IMG/VR virus record: IMGVR_UViG_3300012667_000787
Span: 1-39,591 of that record
Reading direction: 5' to 3' (one strand)
From: a virus
Lineage: Duplodnaviria; Caudoviricetes
Length of the DNA: 39,591 nucleotides
In this document: positions 1-7,433 of the stretch, in pieces
Position numbering within the stretch: position 1 is the stretch's first letter
Layout of the letters: every line of letters starts with the position of its first letter
Made by a program: the position numbers and the translations under genes
The notes under the pieces: generated by a model
The model's input: the letters and a program-made list of their open reading frames with translations, nothing else
Databases searched by the model: none
Told to the model about the DNA's origin: nothing

Positions 1-55
1 GGCCGGGAGCGGGTTCAACGCCCCCGGCCCTGAGAGCGTGACGGCGACAACCGCA
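1..55. repeat. 55-bp terminal direct repeat, left copy (circular-contig overlap)
   Basis: Identical to 39537..39591. The length matches a common assembler k-mer, and an ORF reads through the junction. Confidence 0.95.
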
Positions 56-402
56 TGGGTGGTTACATCGGACCTCGTGCCAGTGGGGTTTCCCGGTTGC
101 GCCGGGTCGCATTGGCCCTGTGTGGGCGAATAGTATTGAATGGCCATCTGCGCCATGACCGCGCGCTGGCCGTTTGGCAGAAGTTCCCAAGTTGTGGCTG
201 AATACTGCCCTGCCCCTGTGTTGTGCGACCGTGCAGCCTTGGTCTTTGCAAGGTTAAGCAGGATCGGGCGGGCATCGCTGACGGTGCATACTGCGCGACG
301 GCAGATTTCTTCCAAGGTGAGCGGGGCAAACTGCCTGCGGGTGCGATGCCAGAAAGCGCGAATGATACGTTTTCGGATTGCGTCGGCTGTTAGGGTAAGC
401 AT
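1..402 (-). CDS. 138-aa protein, possibly winged-helix; continues across the circular junction to a TGA at 39524..39522
   Basis: Translated by hand: MLTLTADAIRKRIIRAFWHRTRRQFAPLTLEEICRRAV... ATG 402 overlaps the helicase TGA, and the stop overlaps the MTase ATG. Absent from the ORF track because it spans the ends. Confidence 0.75.
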   Translation of the reverse strand, partial: MLTLTADAIRKRIIRAFWHRTRRQFAPLTLEEICRRAVCTVSDARPILLNLAKTKAARSHNTGAGQYSATTWELLPNGQRAVMAQMAIQYYSPTQGQCDPAQPGNPTGTRSDVTTHAVVAVTLSGPGALNPLPA

Positions 403-1811
403 CAAAGCCTCCGCTCGTGTTTGAAATAAACCATCTTCTCAGTGCTGAATTGCAGGTTGATCCGGCCCGGCTCGATCCCGTAAAGCTGACGATCCCTGAC
501 CTTCCATGATGTGACGCTGACGTATTTCAGCCCGTCCTCTTCCTCTTCCTGATGGACAGAAAACCCAAGCGAAGGCTTGTTGAAGAACGCGGCGCTGTCG
601 GCAATGTCGTAACCTGTGGGGCTGCGCGGCTTGCCATCGGTCTGCATCTTGCGCGGGTGAGCAATCACGCAAATGTGGGTGTCAAATTGCTCTGCCCACT
701 GCCGGATTTGTTGCAGGGCGAAGTTGATGTAGCTGGTCATGTTCTCGCCCGGCATGGGCAAGTGTTCCAACTCGTTCCACGGGTCCAGAACGATCAGCTT
801 GCACCCATCGCGGACGGCAAGGGTGTAGATCATGTCCTTGGCCCATTGCAGGTGGTGGGCGGTGTCGTCAAAGGTGCGGTGAACGATGCGGAAAGACCGA
901 TCCAGCGTTGCGCCTACCTCGGCCTGCTGCGCTGGCGACAATGATGCCCACGGCTTGCCACACTCCAGCCTGCAAAGGTGATCCCGCGTCCTGTGCGGGT
1001 GGGTTTCAAACGAAAGAAGCCCCACCCGGACGTTTTCGTTCTTGGCGACGTGATAGGCCGCAAAGGTTGTTAGGGTGGATTTACCTGCGCCTGGAGTGCC
1101 TGTGCCGACCGACATTGCGCCAACCTCAAACGCCAGTACAAAATCAAACGGCTTCATGCCCACCCGCAACACGCGCCGATCTGGCAGCGGCGGGAGGTCT
1201 GATATGCCCGTGATAAAGCCGCCTGCCGGGTCGATGCGCTTGGCTTCTGTCAGGCAACGGGACAGCTCACCCTCACCCATCCGCACAAGAACGTCGTTGG
1301 CGTCCTTGCACCCGTCCGGCCACGTCACGTAGCGAACGTCATGGCCCGTCAGGATGTTCGCAACCGTCTTGGGCAATGATGACCCTGCGGCGTCGTTGTC
1401 CCCCGCCACGATGACGAAAGGCGCGGCGCGCAGAAGGGCTTCAGCCTCCACCAGAACATCACGCTTGCCGCCGTCCTCGGTCCAGCCGTCGGGCAAAGAC
1501 ACCGCCCGCGAATAGCCCGCTTGGATCACAGACAACGCGTCAATCTCGCCCTCGGTGATAACCACAGGCCCATCGCCGGATTTCAGCGCGTCCTCGTTAA
1601 ACAGGCCCCGGCTCACGCCTTGGGTGCTGCGCCAATCCTTGCGATCAACGGCCCGGAATTTGCCCGCATAGCCCTCGCCGTTGCGTCGGTAGGGGAAGGC
1701 CACGGCTACGCCCAAGGCGGGGTGCTGGATCTGCTTGACGCCCATGTGAGCCAGCAAAGCGGGGTCCAGCTTGCGAATTTCCGTTAGCCATTTTTGAACA
1801 TCCATCGTCAT
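402..1811 (-). CDS. TOPRIM primase + SF4 (Twinkle/T7 gp4-like) helicase lacking the N-terminal zinc finger
   Basis: TOPRIM motifs ITEGEIDALS, DND and KDAND; Walker A GTPGAGKST; Walker B LIVLD; VIAHPRK; DIADSAAFFNK. Confidence 0.9.
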   Translation of the reverse strand: MTMDVQKWLTEIRKLDPALLAHMGVKQIQHPALGVAVAFPYRRNGEGYAGKFRAVDRKDWRSTQGVSRGLFNEDALKSGDGPVVITEGEIDALSVIQAGYSRAVSLPDGWTEDGGKRDVLVEAEALLRAAPFVIVAGDNDAAGSSLPKTVANILTGHDVRYVTWPDGCKDANDVLVRMGEGELSRCLTEAKRIDPAGGFITGISDLPPLPDRRVLRVGMKPFDFVLAFEVGAMSVGTGTPGAGKSTLTTFAAYHVAKNENVRVGLLSFETHPHRTRDHLCRLECGKPWASLSPAQQAEVGATLDRSFRIVHRTFDDTAHHLQWAKDMIYTLAVRDGCKLIVLDPWNELEHLPMPGENMTSYINFALQQIRQWAEQFDTHICVIAHPRKMQTDGKPRSPTGYDIADSAAFFNKPSLGFSVHQEEEEDGLKYVSVTSWKVRDRQLYGIEPGRINLQFSTEKMVYFKHERRL

Positions 1812-2227
1812 GCGCGCGCTCCCGGCTTGCCACCTTGAACGCGGTTCATTGCGTTTTGCTGATGGGTGACGACGCGAAGGTTTTGGATGCGATTGTCGCG
1901 CTTGTTACGGTTGATGTGGTCCACCTCTCCTTGCGGCCATTCCCCATCCCGCAAGGCCAGCGCCACCCGGTGCGCCCAAACCATTTTCTGGTCGATCATG
2001 CCCTTCGAATAGCCGCGCGGGTCAACGCAAGTGAAGGCAGGCCTCCCAGCGTATTTACCGTTCCACCTTTGCGCCTTAACTTCGGCAGAGGTCAGACCGC
2101 CCTCGAAATGTTCGACGGGGCGAGTTTTCCAAACGAAACTGCCAGTCTCGCCGTTGTATTCCACCGCCTGCGAAAGCCGCTCCACGCTGACCTTGGCCGC
2201 TGCTGCGTTTGTCTTGAGAATTGTCAT
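1808..2227 (-). CDS. HNH homing endonuclease
   Basis: AHRV...EVDHINRNKRDNRIQNLR motif; GGAGG RBS; ATGA overlap with the primase gene. Confidence 0.9.
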   Translation of the reverse strand: MTILKTNAAAAKVSVERLSQAVEYNGETGSFVWKTRPVEHFEGGLTSAEVKAQRWNGKYAGRPAFTCVDPRGYSKGMIDQKMVWAHRVALALRDGEWPQGEVDHINRNKRDNRIQNLRVVTHQQNAMNRVQGGKPGARA

Positions 2228-2423
2228 CGAAAAAACCTCCGCCTTTATGTCCGCAGTGGTGACAGCACCACGCCACGCCGTCCGGCAGGAACGACACGCT
2301 CAGACACTGGTCCGACTTGTTCCGCCGCGCCGCGCTGCATTCCGGGCAGGTTGTCCGAACCGTTCCCGACATGCGCCGAACCGTGATGCCCGCCGATTGC
2401 AGGATTTCGCTTGCTGTCCGCAT
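2076..2423 (-). CDS. Primase zinc-binding domain (CPEC...CHHC), encoded separately
   Basis: RTTCPECSAARRNKSDQCLSV...WCCHHCG resembles the Twinkle/T7-type primase ZBD; GGAGG upstream. The C-terminal ~50 aa run on into the HNH gene. Confidence 0.75.
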   Translation of the reverse strand: MRTASEILQSAGITVRRMSGTVRTTCPECSAARRNKSDQCLSVSFLPDGVAWCCHHCGHKGGGFFDDNSQDKRSSGQGQRGAAFAGGGIQRRDWQFRLENSPRRTFRGRSDLCRS

Positions 2424-2559
2424 TTTTGATTTCCTCCATCGCCTGCCAGCGCGTCAGGCCCTGAGCCTTTGCCGCCTGCGTTTCCGCGTCGAACCGTGAC
2501 AAGCCGCCGTCAAATTCCATGATCGCGGCCCGGTCCTCGAATGCGTCCCTGTCAAACAT
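2245..2559 (-). CDS. Small phage replication-region protein (FEDRAAIMEFDGGLSR motif)
   Basis: Recognisable phage motif; start overlaps the upstream stop. The C-terminal half overlaps the ZBD ORF. Confidence 0.65.
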   Translation of the reverse strand: MFDRDAFEDRAAIMEFDGGLSRFDAETQAAKAQGLTRWQAMEEIKNADSKRNPAIGGHHGSAHVGNGSDNLPGMQRGAAEQVGPVSERVVPAGRRGVVLSPLRT

Positions 2560-3268
2560 GCTCTGTCACCCATCCGTTGAAGCTGTCGTAGGATTGCCAC
2601 CGCCCATCGGGCAGTTGCCTTCGCTCACCGCCCCGCGTTTTGGGTGCCGCCCGGAAAATGCCCTCGATGAACGCCACGGGATCAACCGCGCCTTCGCGCT
2701 GCGCCCGGCCTAGCGCCACGATCACCGCCTCGGCCTTGTGCGCTTTGATCCACTTGCCGATCAGGGCGCGGGCGGATGCGGGTGATTTTCCCGCCCGGCT
2801 GAGTAGGGAAATGCCCGCATCGAAAGCCGCCTTGGCGGGATCAATCGGCGCGTCAGCGGCGGTATCTTTAGATACCGTATCTGTATCTGTATCTGTATGG
2901 TTCGCTTTTGGTTCAGCCATGGCTTTGGTTAAGCCATTGTTTTTCTTGGGTTGGCTGCCGTTTTCGCGCTGCTTTGTCTGAAATGATTTCAGGCTATCTA
3001 GCTCTTTATCGGCCCGAAGATTTCCGAGATAGCCATTTTCGACCACGATTTTCCCGGTCGCCAAGATGGCAGAACGCAGGCCATTCCACTTCTTAACTGA
3101 GCACCCGACATGCCCGGCGATGAAGCGCGGATCGTCCACCAGCCGCCCGCCGTGCATGTAGATCAGGTCCAGCACGAGGCGGTATGCGGCCTTAACCTCG
3201 AAGTCCATTCCGGCGGTGCCGTCAAAGAAATCGCGGGGGTATGATTTGTAATACGGGAGACCGTTCAT
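2552..3268 (-). CDS. Replication initiator, DUF1376/YdaU family
   Basis: N-terminal LPYYKSYPRDF...AYRLVLDLIY; DTDTDT linker; lambda O-like position. Confidence 0.8.
   Translation of the reverse strand: MNGLPYYKSYPRDFFDGTAGMDFEVKAAYRLVLDLIYMHGGRLVDDPRFIAGHVGCSVKKWNGLRSAILATGKIVVENGYLGNLRADKELDSLKSFQTKQRENGSQPKKNNGLTKAMAEPKANHTDTDTDTVSKDTAADAPIDPAKAAFDAGISLLSRAGKSPASARALIGKWIKAHKAEAVIVALGRAQREGAVDPVAFIEGIFRAAPKTRGGERRQLPDGRWQSYDSFNGWVTEHV
2871..2945. other. Putative replication origin (iteron-like repeats inside the initiator gene)
   Basis: TTTGGTTCAGCCAT 2907..2920 and TTTGGTTAAGCCAT 2924..2937, next to GTATCT x3 and a T-run. Confidence 0.45.
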
Positions 3269-3642
3269 TTGCCCTCCACCACGCGGCGGGCAACGTCACC
3301 GATAGGCTGCCATGTGTCGGCGGGCTCCACCAGAACGCGGCCACCTGGCACGATTTCCCCGATGGTGGCGGTCCAGCGAAAGGCGCTGTCGTTGACGCCC
3401 CAAGCCTGCGCCATGCCGTCGAGGTATGCCTTGCAACTGGCAACGAGGTTATCCAGATCCCGCGCCCGGTTTGTCGGCGGGCAGAACACCAGCCGGAAAT
3501 TCGTAAGCGGCTGAACCTTGCTTTCCTTGGTGGCGTAGAAGGCCAGTGTGCGGGCGGCTTTCACGGCCTGCGCCTTGGTGGCCCAATGGCCGCGCGCGTT
3601 AGGTGAAAGGGCTGATGACGGCCACGGGAATTGAATAGTCAT
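3265..3642 (-). CDS. rusA: RusA-like Holliday junction resolvase
   Basis: FPWP...LSPN and RDLDNLVASCKAYLDG...VND catalytic pattern. Confidence 0.8.
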   Translation of the reverse strand: MTIQFPWPSSALSPNARGHWATKAQAVKAARTLAFYATKESKVQPLTNFRLVFCPPTNRARDLDNLVASCKAYLDGMAQAWGVNDSAFRWTATIGEIVPGGRVLVEPADTWQPIGDVARRVVEGK

Positions 3643-3652
3643 TTGCCGCGCC

Positions 3653-3886
3653 TCAGAATTTCATGCTTGGCGATGTAGAGGTCGGCGGCTGCCCGCTTGC
3701 GGTTGCTGACACGCTCCGCGCGGCGGGCAATGAGACGCCCAACGTCTTGGCGCGGTCCATCAGCGCGACGATTTCGCCGGGGAAAGGCTGACGCCAGCCA
3801 GTTGCGTAGCGATGCCAGCCAGCCAATTCGCCCGCCGTTAGCGCGCGTATCATCGCCAGCTTGTGCTGTTGTTCGGCGGCGTCCAT
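3653..3886 (-). CDS. Hypothetical protein (alternative overlapping frame 3639..3923)
   Basis: Protein-like N-terminal half; ATG abuts the upstream stop. Frame choice is uncertain. Confidence 0.45.
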   Translation of the reverse strand: MDAAEQQHKLAMIRALTAGELAGWHRYATGWRQPFPGEIVALMDRAKTLGVSLPAARSVSATASGQPPTSTSPSMKF

Positions 3887-3994
3887 TCATGACAACTTCG
3901 CGTGAATAGGTGCCGGGCAGCACTCGCCCCCTTCCCGGCGTAGGGGTACAGACGGCACGTCAGGCGAAACCACACCCGGAAGCCGCTGCGAGTG

Positions 3995-4037
3995 AATAAA
4001 ATTCCCCGGCCCGCGAAACACAGACAGCCGGGGAGTT
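3995..4037 (-). terminator. tR1-like intrinsic terminator after cro
   Basis: Stem TCCCCGGC/GCCGGGGA followed by ATTTTATT on the minus strand. Confidence 0.55.
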
Positions 4038-4095
4038 ACCGCGCCACCTAGCAGGTAGGGGGAGGACATGTCGCAAGACATGGGCGCGGGGGAAG

Positions 4096-4323
4096 TCATG
4101 CGTTTTCGCTCCGCACTTCGGCCTGCGTCCGCCCCGTCACGATGTAATCCATGACGCGCGACACGACGCGGCTGCGGGGTTCCCGGCCTTCCTCAAGCTG
4201 CTTGACGAAACTGGGGTCGCCAACCGCTTTCATGCCGAAAGAACTTTTTGAGATACCTGATTTAGCGCAATGCGCGCGGATCAGGCTCAGGAGGTCCAGA
4301 TGTGGTGGTTTTGCGTGTTCCAT
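4096..4323 (-). CDS. Cro-like HTH regulator
   Basis: ISKSSFGMKAVGDPSFVKQLEEGREPR resembles alphaproteobacterial phage Cro-like proteins; divergent from the repressor. Confidence 0.8.
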   Translation of the reverse strand: MEHAKPPHLDLLSLIRAHCAKSGISKSSFGMKAVGDPSFVKQLEEGREPRSRVVSRVMDYIVTGRTQAEVRSENA

Positions 4324-4329
4324 GAGGCA

Positions 4330-4358
4330 GTATTAGGAAATTTCCTAACGCATTGCAA
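4330..4358 (-). promoter_or_regulatory. pR-like promoter, probably giving a leaderless cro mRNA
   Basis: TTGCAA-17 nt-TAATAC, then 6 nt to the ATG. An operator lies in the spacer. Confidence 0.6.
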
Positions 4359-4406
4359 CTGGATTTTTCCTATTCGCCTTGCTATATGCGAATAGGATAA
4401 ACCCTA
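4334..4406. promoter_or_regulatory. OR-like operator triplet, TAGGA-N4-TCCTA
   Basis: TAGGAAATTTCCTA 4334..4347, CTGGATTTTTCCTA 4359..4372, TAGGATAAACCCTA 4393..4406. Confidence 0.8.
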
Positions 4407-4410
4407 CAGC

Positions 4411-4749
4411 ATGGAAAGAGACGCCATAGTCATGTTAGTCGCTCGGAATCTGAAAGCGGCCATGGAGCGGAAGGACACTAACCCTTCTGAGGTGGCGCGT
4501 CGCGCTGGCATCAACCCCACAGGCGTTTACGACATCCTGTCTGGCAAGAGCCGTTCCCCACGCCTAGACACACTGCACAAAATTGCTGTGAAAGGCTTGG
4601 GGATGCCGTTCCATATCCTCTTTGCCGACCCCGCCGAAGACCGCTTAGATCAAGAATTGCTTGAAACTATTGGTATGATGGCTTCGGATGATCGGCGGCG
4701 GTTCCTGGCAATGGCCCGCGCGGCACTGGACTCCGCACTTCCCGCGTAA
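4411..4749 (+). CDS. CI-like XRE repressor without an S24 peptidase domain
   Basis: HTH NPSEVARRAGINPTGVYDILSGKSRSPRLDTLHKIA; 112 aa; flanked by operators. Confidence 0.85.
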   Translation: MERDAIVMLVARNLKAAMERKDTNPSEVARRAGINPTGVYDILSGKSRSPRLDTLHKIAVKGLGMPFHILFADPAEDRLDQELLETIGMMASDDRRRFLAMARAALDSALPA

Positions 4750-4834
4750 CAGCGGCAAGCAAAACCAACTTTTGCTCAATAGTCATGCGCGCCAGAAGGC
4801 GGCGCAGTTCGGTCGAATCTTCCTCCGCAGTCAT
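4667..4834 (-). CDS. 55-aa protein convergent on the repressor; candidate antirepressor
   Basis: GGGGGA RBS before ATG 4834; amphipathic EEDSTELRRLLARMTIEQKLVLL. Confidence 0.5.
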   Translation of the reverse strand: MTAEEDSTELRRLLARMTIEQKLVLLAAVTREVRSPVPRGPLPGTAADHPKPSYQ

Positions 4835-4889
4835 GCTTCCCCCGTCACTATGTGACAGCAACGTCATGTATCTAGGCGCGGCTTGCAAT

Positions 4890-4932
4890 TAGGATGTTTC
4901 CAAATTTTGTGCTTGCGCTAGGAAATATCCTA
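4890..4932. promoter_or_regulatory. OL-like operator pair and pL region
   Basis: TAGGATGTTTCCAA 4890..4903 and TAGGAAATATCCTA 4919..4932, upstream of the plus-strand early operon. Confidence 0.8.
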
Positions 4933-4966
4933 TGGCAAAGTCTTCTGTAACGAAACGGAGGACGCC

Positions 4967-5221
4967 ATGCCATACCGCCCCGGCTACTGCCACTGCTGCA
5001 AGAACGAGCGCAGCCATTCCGACACCAGCAGCCATGAATATGGCTACAGCGCCAGATCAACCACGCGGTGTGTTTTCTGCTGGATCCCGGAGGCTGAGAC
5101 GCCCCGCAAGTCTGACGATGATCTGGTGGCTGAGGCGACCGAGCGTCTGATTGCAGCGCGCGGCATCACCAAAGACGAATACTACGCCGAGCGCGCCGAA
5201 GAAATGGGGTGGCGGGTATGA
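4967..5221 (+). CDS. Small Cys-rich early protein
   Basis: GGAGG RBS; CxxC pairs; ATGA coupling to the next gene. Confidence 0.7.
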   Translation: MPYRPGYCHCCKNERSHSDTSSHEYGYSARSTTRCVFCWIPEAETPRKSDDDLVAEATERLIAARGITKDEYYAERAEEMGWRV

Positions 5222-5430
5222 CCGTCGCAACCCTCACTTTGGATTTTACCGAAGATCCGCCAGCAGGCCCCGAAAGCTGTGATTTCTGCGGCGAATGGCA
5301 CCTGGAACTGCGGCTGATGCAGTTCGACGGCTGGACCGCTGACAGCAACACCTGCCGCGAATGCTTCACCTACCCCGACTTGGAATTCACCGATCTGCCC
5401 GTTGTTCAGGAGGCAAAATACCATGCGTGA
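5218..5430 (+). CDS. Small zinc-finger-like protein
   Basis: CDFC...CREC; ATGA-coupled. Confidence 0.65.
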   Translation: MTVATLTLDFTEDPPAGPESCDFCGEWHLELRLMQFDGWTADSNTCRECFTYPDLEFTDLPVVQEAKYHA

Positions 5431-5614
5431 ACGTGACCTTATCCGCGACACCCTGTCGGTGTGCGACGACCTTGACGCCCGCCTTGCCGCTATGACGCCG
5501 CGCCATGATGAACCTACCCGCCGCGAGTATTGGGAAGGCGCGCGTGATGGGGCGATCCTTTTCGCCATCCTTGGCGGGGCCATGTGGTTTCTGCTGTCGG
5601 CTGGGGGTGTGTGA
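5423..5614 (+). CDS. Hypothetical protein with C-terminal TM helix
   Basis: AGGAGG RBS; GAILFAILGGAMWFLL. Confidence 0.65.
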   Translation: MRERDLIRDTLSVCDDLDARLAAMTPRHDEPTRREYWEGARDGAILFAILGGAMWFLLSAGGV

Positions 5615-5757
5615 TGGACACCGCCCGCGACATGGCCCGCCGCTTTGCGCTTCTGCACATCAGTCACTGGCGCGCAGCCCGTGGCCTGCCGATGACCCGA
5701 GCCCATGCCCGCCATCAGGCCCTGTGGTGGATTGCCGCTGCGAAGGGGGCCAAGTGA
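5614..5757 (+). CDS. 47-aa hypothetical protein
   Basis: MDTARDMARRFALLH...; TGATG overlaps at both ends. Confidence 0.6.
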   Translation: MDTARDMARRFALLHISHWRAARGLPMTRAHARHQALWWIAAAKGAK

Positions 5758-6401
5758 TGGACTGGAGCAAGATCAGCGCCGAACTGGGCAAGAAGCTGGA
5801 CCCCTCGCACGTCAAGCCCGCCAAGCAGTTTGGCCCCAAGGGTGACTACATCGAAGGCTGGCACGCGATGGCCGAGGCCAACCGCATCTTTGGTTTTGAG
5901 GGGTGGAATTACACCATTGCCGAATGCACCTGCGTCTATCAAGGCGCTCGGGAAATCGGACAGGCCAAGAAGGCCGGGTTTGGCGTCACATACACCGCCA
6001 AGGTCACCGTCACCGTGCGGGATGCCAACTTGGGCGACGTGGTGCGCGAGGATTTTGGCGCAGGCCATGGCTATGACGTTGACTGCGGCCTAGCCCACGA
6101 AAGCGCCATTAAGGAAGCCGTGACCGATGCCCTAAAGCGCGCCCTGCGCAGCTTTGGCAACCCGTTCGGCTTGGCCCTGTATGACAAGAGCCGTGAGAAC
6201 GTGGGCCACAACGCGCCAGAGGCTACGCCGCAGGACATTGAAACAGCCAAAGATAATGCCCGCGTCATCTCTGATTTGGCGATGCTGGCAAGGTGGTGGA
6301 CCGCGCTTAACAAACAACACCCGCACGTCGCCGCACACCCCGAAATCATTGCCGCGAAAGACGCGCGCAAAGCCGAATTGCAACAGAAGGACGCAGCCTA
6401 A
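5757..6401 (+). CDS. Rad52/Rad22-family (Sak) single-strand annealing protein
   Basis: YIEGWHAMAEANRIFGFEGWN and AIKEAVTDALKRALRSFGNPFGLALY. The likely start is ATG 5757. Confidence 0.92.
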   Translation: MDWSKISAELGKKLDPSHVKPAKQFGPKGDYIEGWHAMAEANRIFGFEGWNYTIAECTCVYQGAREIGQAKKAGFGVTYTAKVTVTVRDANLGDVVREDFGAGHGYDVDCGLAHESAIKEAVTDALKRALRSFGNPFGLALYDKSRENVGHNAPEATPQDIETAKDNARVISDLAMLARWWTALNKQHPHVAAHPEIIAAKDARKAELQQKDAA

Positions 6402-6694
6402 TGGCACAACGTTTCGATCTTATGTCCCCACGCGCCGGAAAAGACGGGAAAACCCGTTGGTTCAAATTGGGCGCAGCCTTCCCCCGCGATAAGGGCGGCT
6501 ATCATCTTGTGTTCGATGCCCTGCCCCTGCCCGACGCCGAAGGCCGCGTCACGCTGATGATGTGGGAAGCGCAAGAGCGTGACGGGCAATCCTCGCAAGC
6601 CCGCACCGCAGACCGCGCGCAACGTCCTACAGGCGGCGCACCCGCTGGTGGCGACATGGACGACGAAATTCCGTTCAGCATGGAGTGGCGCTGA
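6401..6694 (+). CDS. SSB-like protein
   Basis: KTRWFKLGAAF...FDALP core; acidic tail DMDDEIPF; follows the annealing protein. Confidence 0.7.
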   Translation: MAQRFDLMSPRAGKDGKTRWFKLGAAFPRDKGGYHLVFDALPLPDAEGRVTLMMWEAQERDGQSSQARTADRAQRPTGGAPAGGDMDDEIPFSMEWR

Positions 6695-7197
6695 TGGATT
6701 ACCGCGCCCGCTTTCAAGGTGGCGTCCTGCGCCTACTGACCAACACCGCGCCCGACCTAGAAGATGGGGAAGTGGTGCTGGTGAGCATTGAACGCGGGCG
6801 TAGCCAAGCCACCCACCGCCATCAATTCGCATGGATCAAGGACGCATGGGCCACCCTGCCCGAAAGCCTTGCCAACATGCCGTGGGCCGAGACGCCGGAA
6901 ACCATGCGCAAACATGCGCTGATCGCCACGGGCTTTCACCAGACCTACACGCTGGACTGCGGGCATCTTGCCACGGCGCGGCGCGTCAAAGCCGCTCTGG
7001 TGGCCGCTGAGGCTGGCAAGCACGGATACGCCTTAGGCCGCGTTGTGGGGCCTGTGGTGACGGTCTGGACGCCGGAAAGCCAAAGCCTGCGCGCAATGGG
7101 CGCGACACGGTTTCAGGAGAGCAAGACGGCCATCTTGGACTGGATCGCGGCGCAGATTGGAACAACCCCTGAACAACTGAAAAGGAATGCAGCATGA
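6694..7197 (+). CDS. NinB/DUF1367-like recombination-region protein
   Basis: RSQATHRHQFAWI...SQSLRAM...F pattern; TGATG-coupled. Confidence 0.55.
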   Translation: MDYRARFQGGVLRLLTNTAPDLEDGEVVLVSIERGRSQATHRHQFAWIKDAWATLPESLANMPWAETPETMRKHALIATGFHQTYTLDCGHLATARRVKAALVAAEAGKHGYALGRVVGPVVTVWTPESQSLRAMGATRFQESKTAILDWIAAQIGTTPEQLKRNAA

Positions 7198-7433
7198 CAG
7201 ACATCGTGACCGCCGACGAACTGCGCCAATTCATTGAGCGCATCGAACAGCTTGACGCTGAAAAGCGCGACATTGCCGAACAGCGCAAGGAAGTCATGGC
7301 CGAGGCGAAAGGCCGTGGATACGACACCAAGGTTATCCGCGCGCTGGTGACGCTTCGCCGCCAACGGCCCGATGAAGTGGCCGAGTTTGAAGCGGTTTTG
7401 GAAATGTATCGCGCGGCTTTGGGGATGGCATGA
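7194..7433 (+). CDS. gapR: GapR/DUF2312 nucleoid-associated protein
   Basis: ELRQFIERIEQL...EVMAEAKGRGYDTKVIR...LEMYRAALGM. Confidence 0.92.
   Translation: MTDIVTADELRQFIERIEQLDAEKRDIAEQRKEVMAEAKGRGYDTKVIRALVTLRRQRPDEVAEFEAVLEMYRAALGMA

Noticed and set aside
1-55. Biological terminal repeat of the virion DNA
   Set aside because: Exactly 55 bp and in the middle of a gene; better explained as assembler overlap.
63-329. 88-aa ORF from the track
   Set aside because: The other frame starting at 402 is coupled at both ends and more protein-like.
5505-5756. N-terminal extension of the Rad52 ORF
   Set aside because: It overlaps two coupled small genes; the domain starts at ATG 5757.
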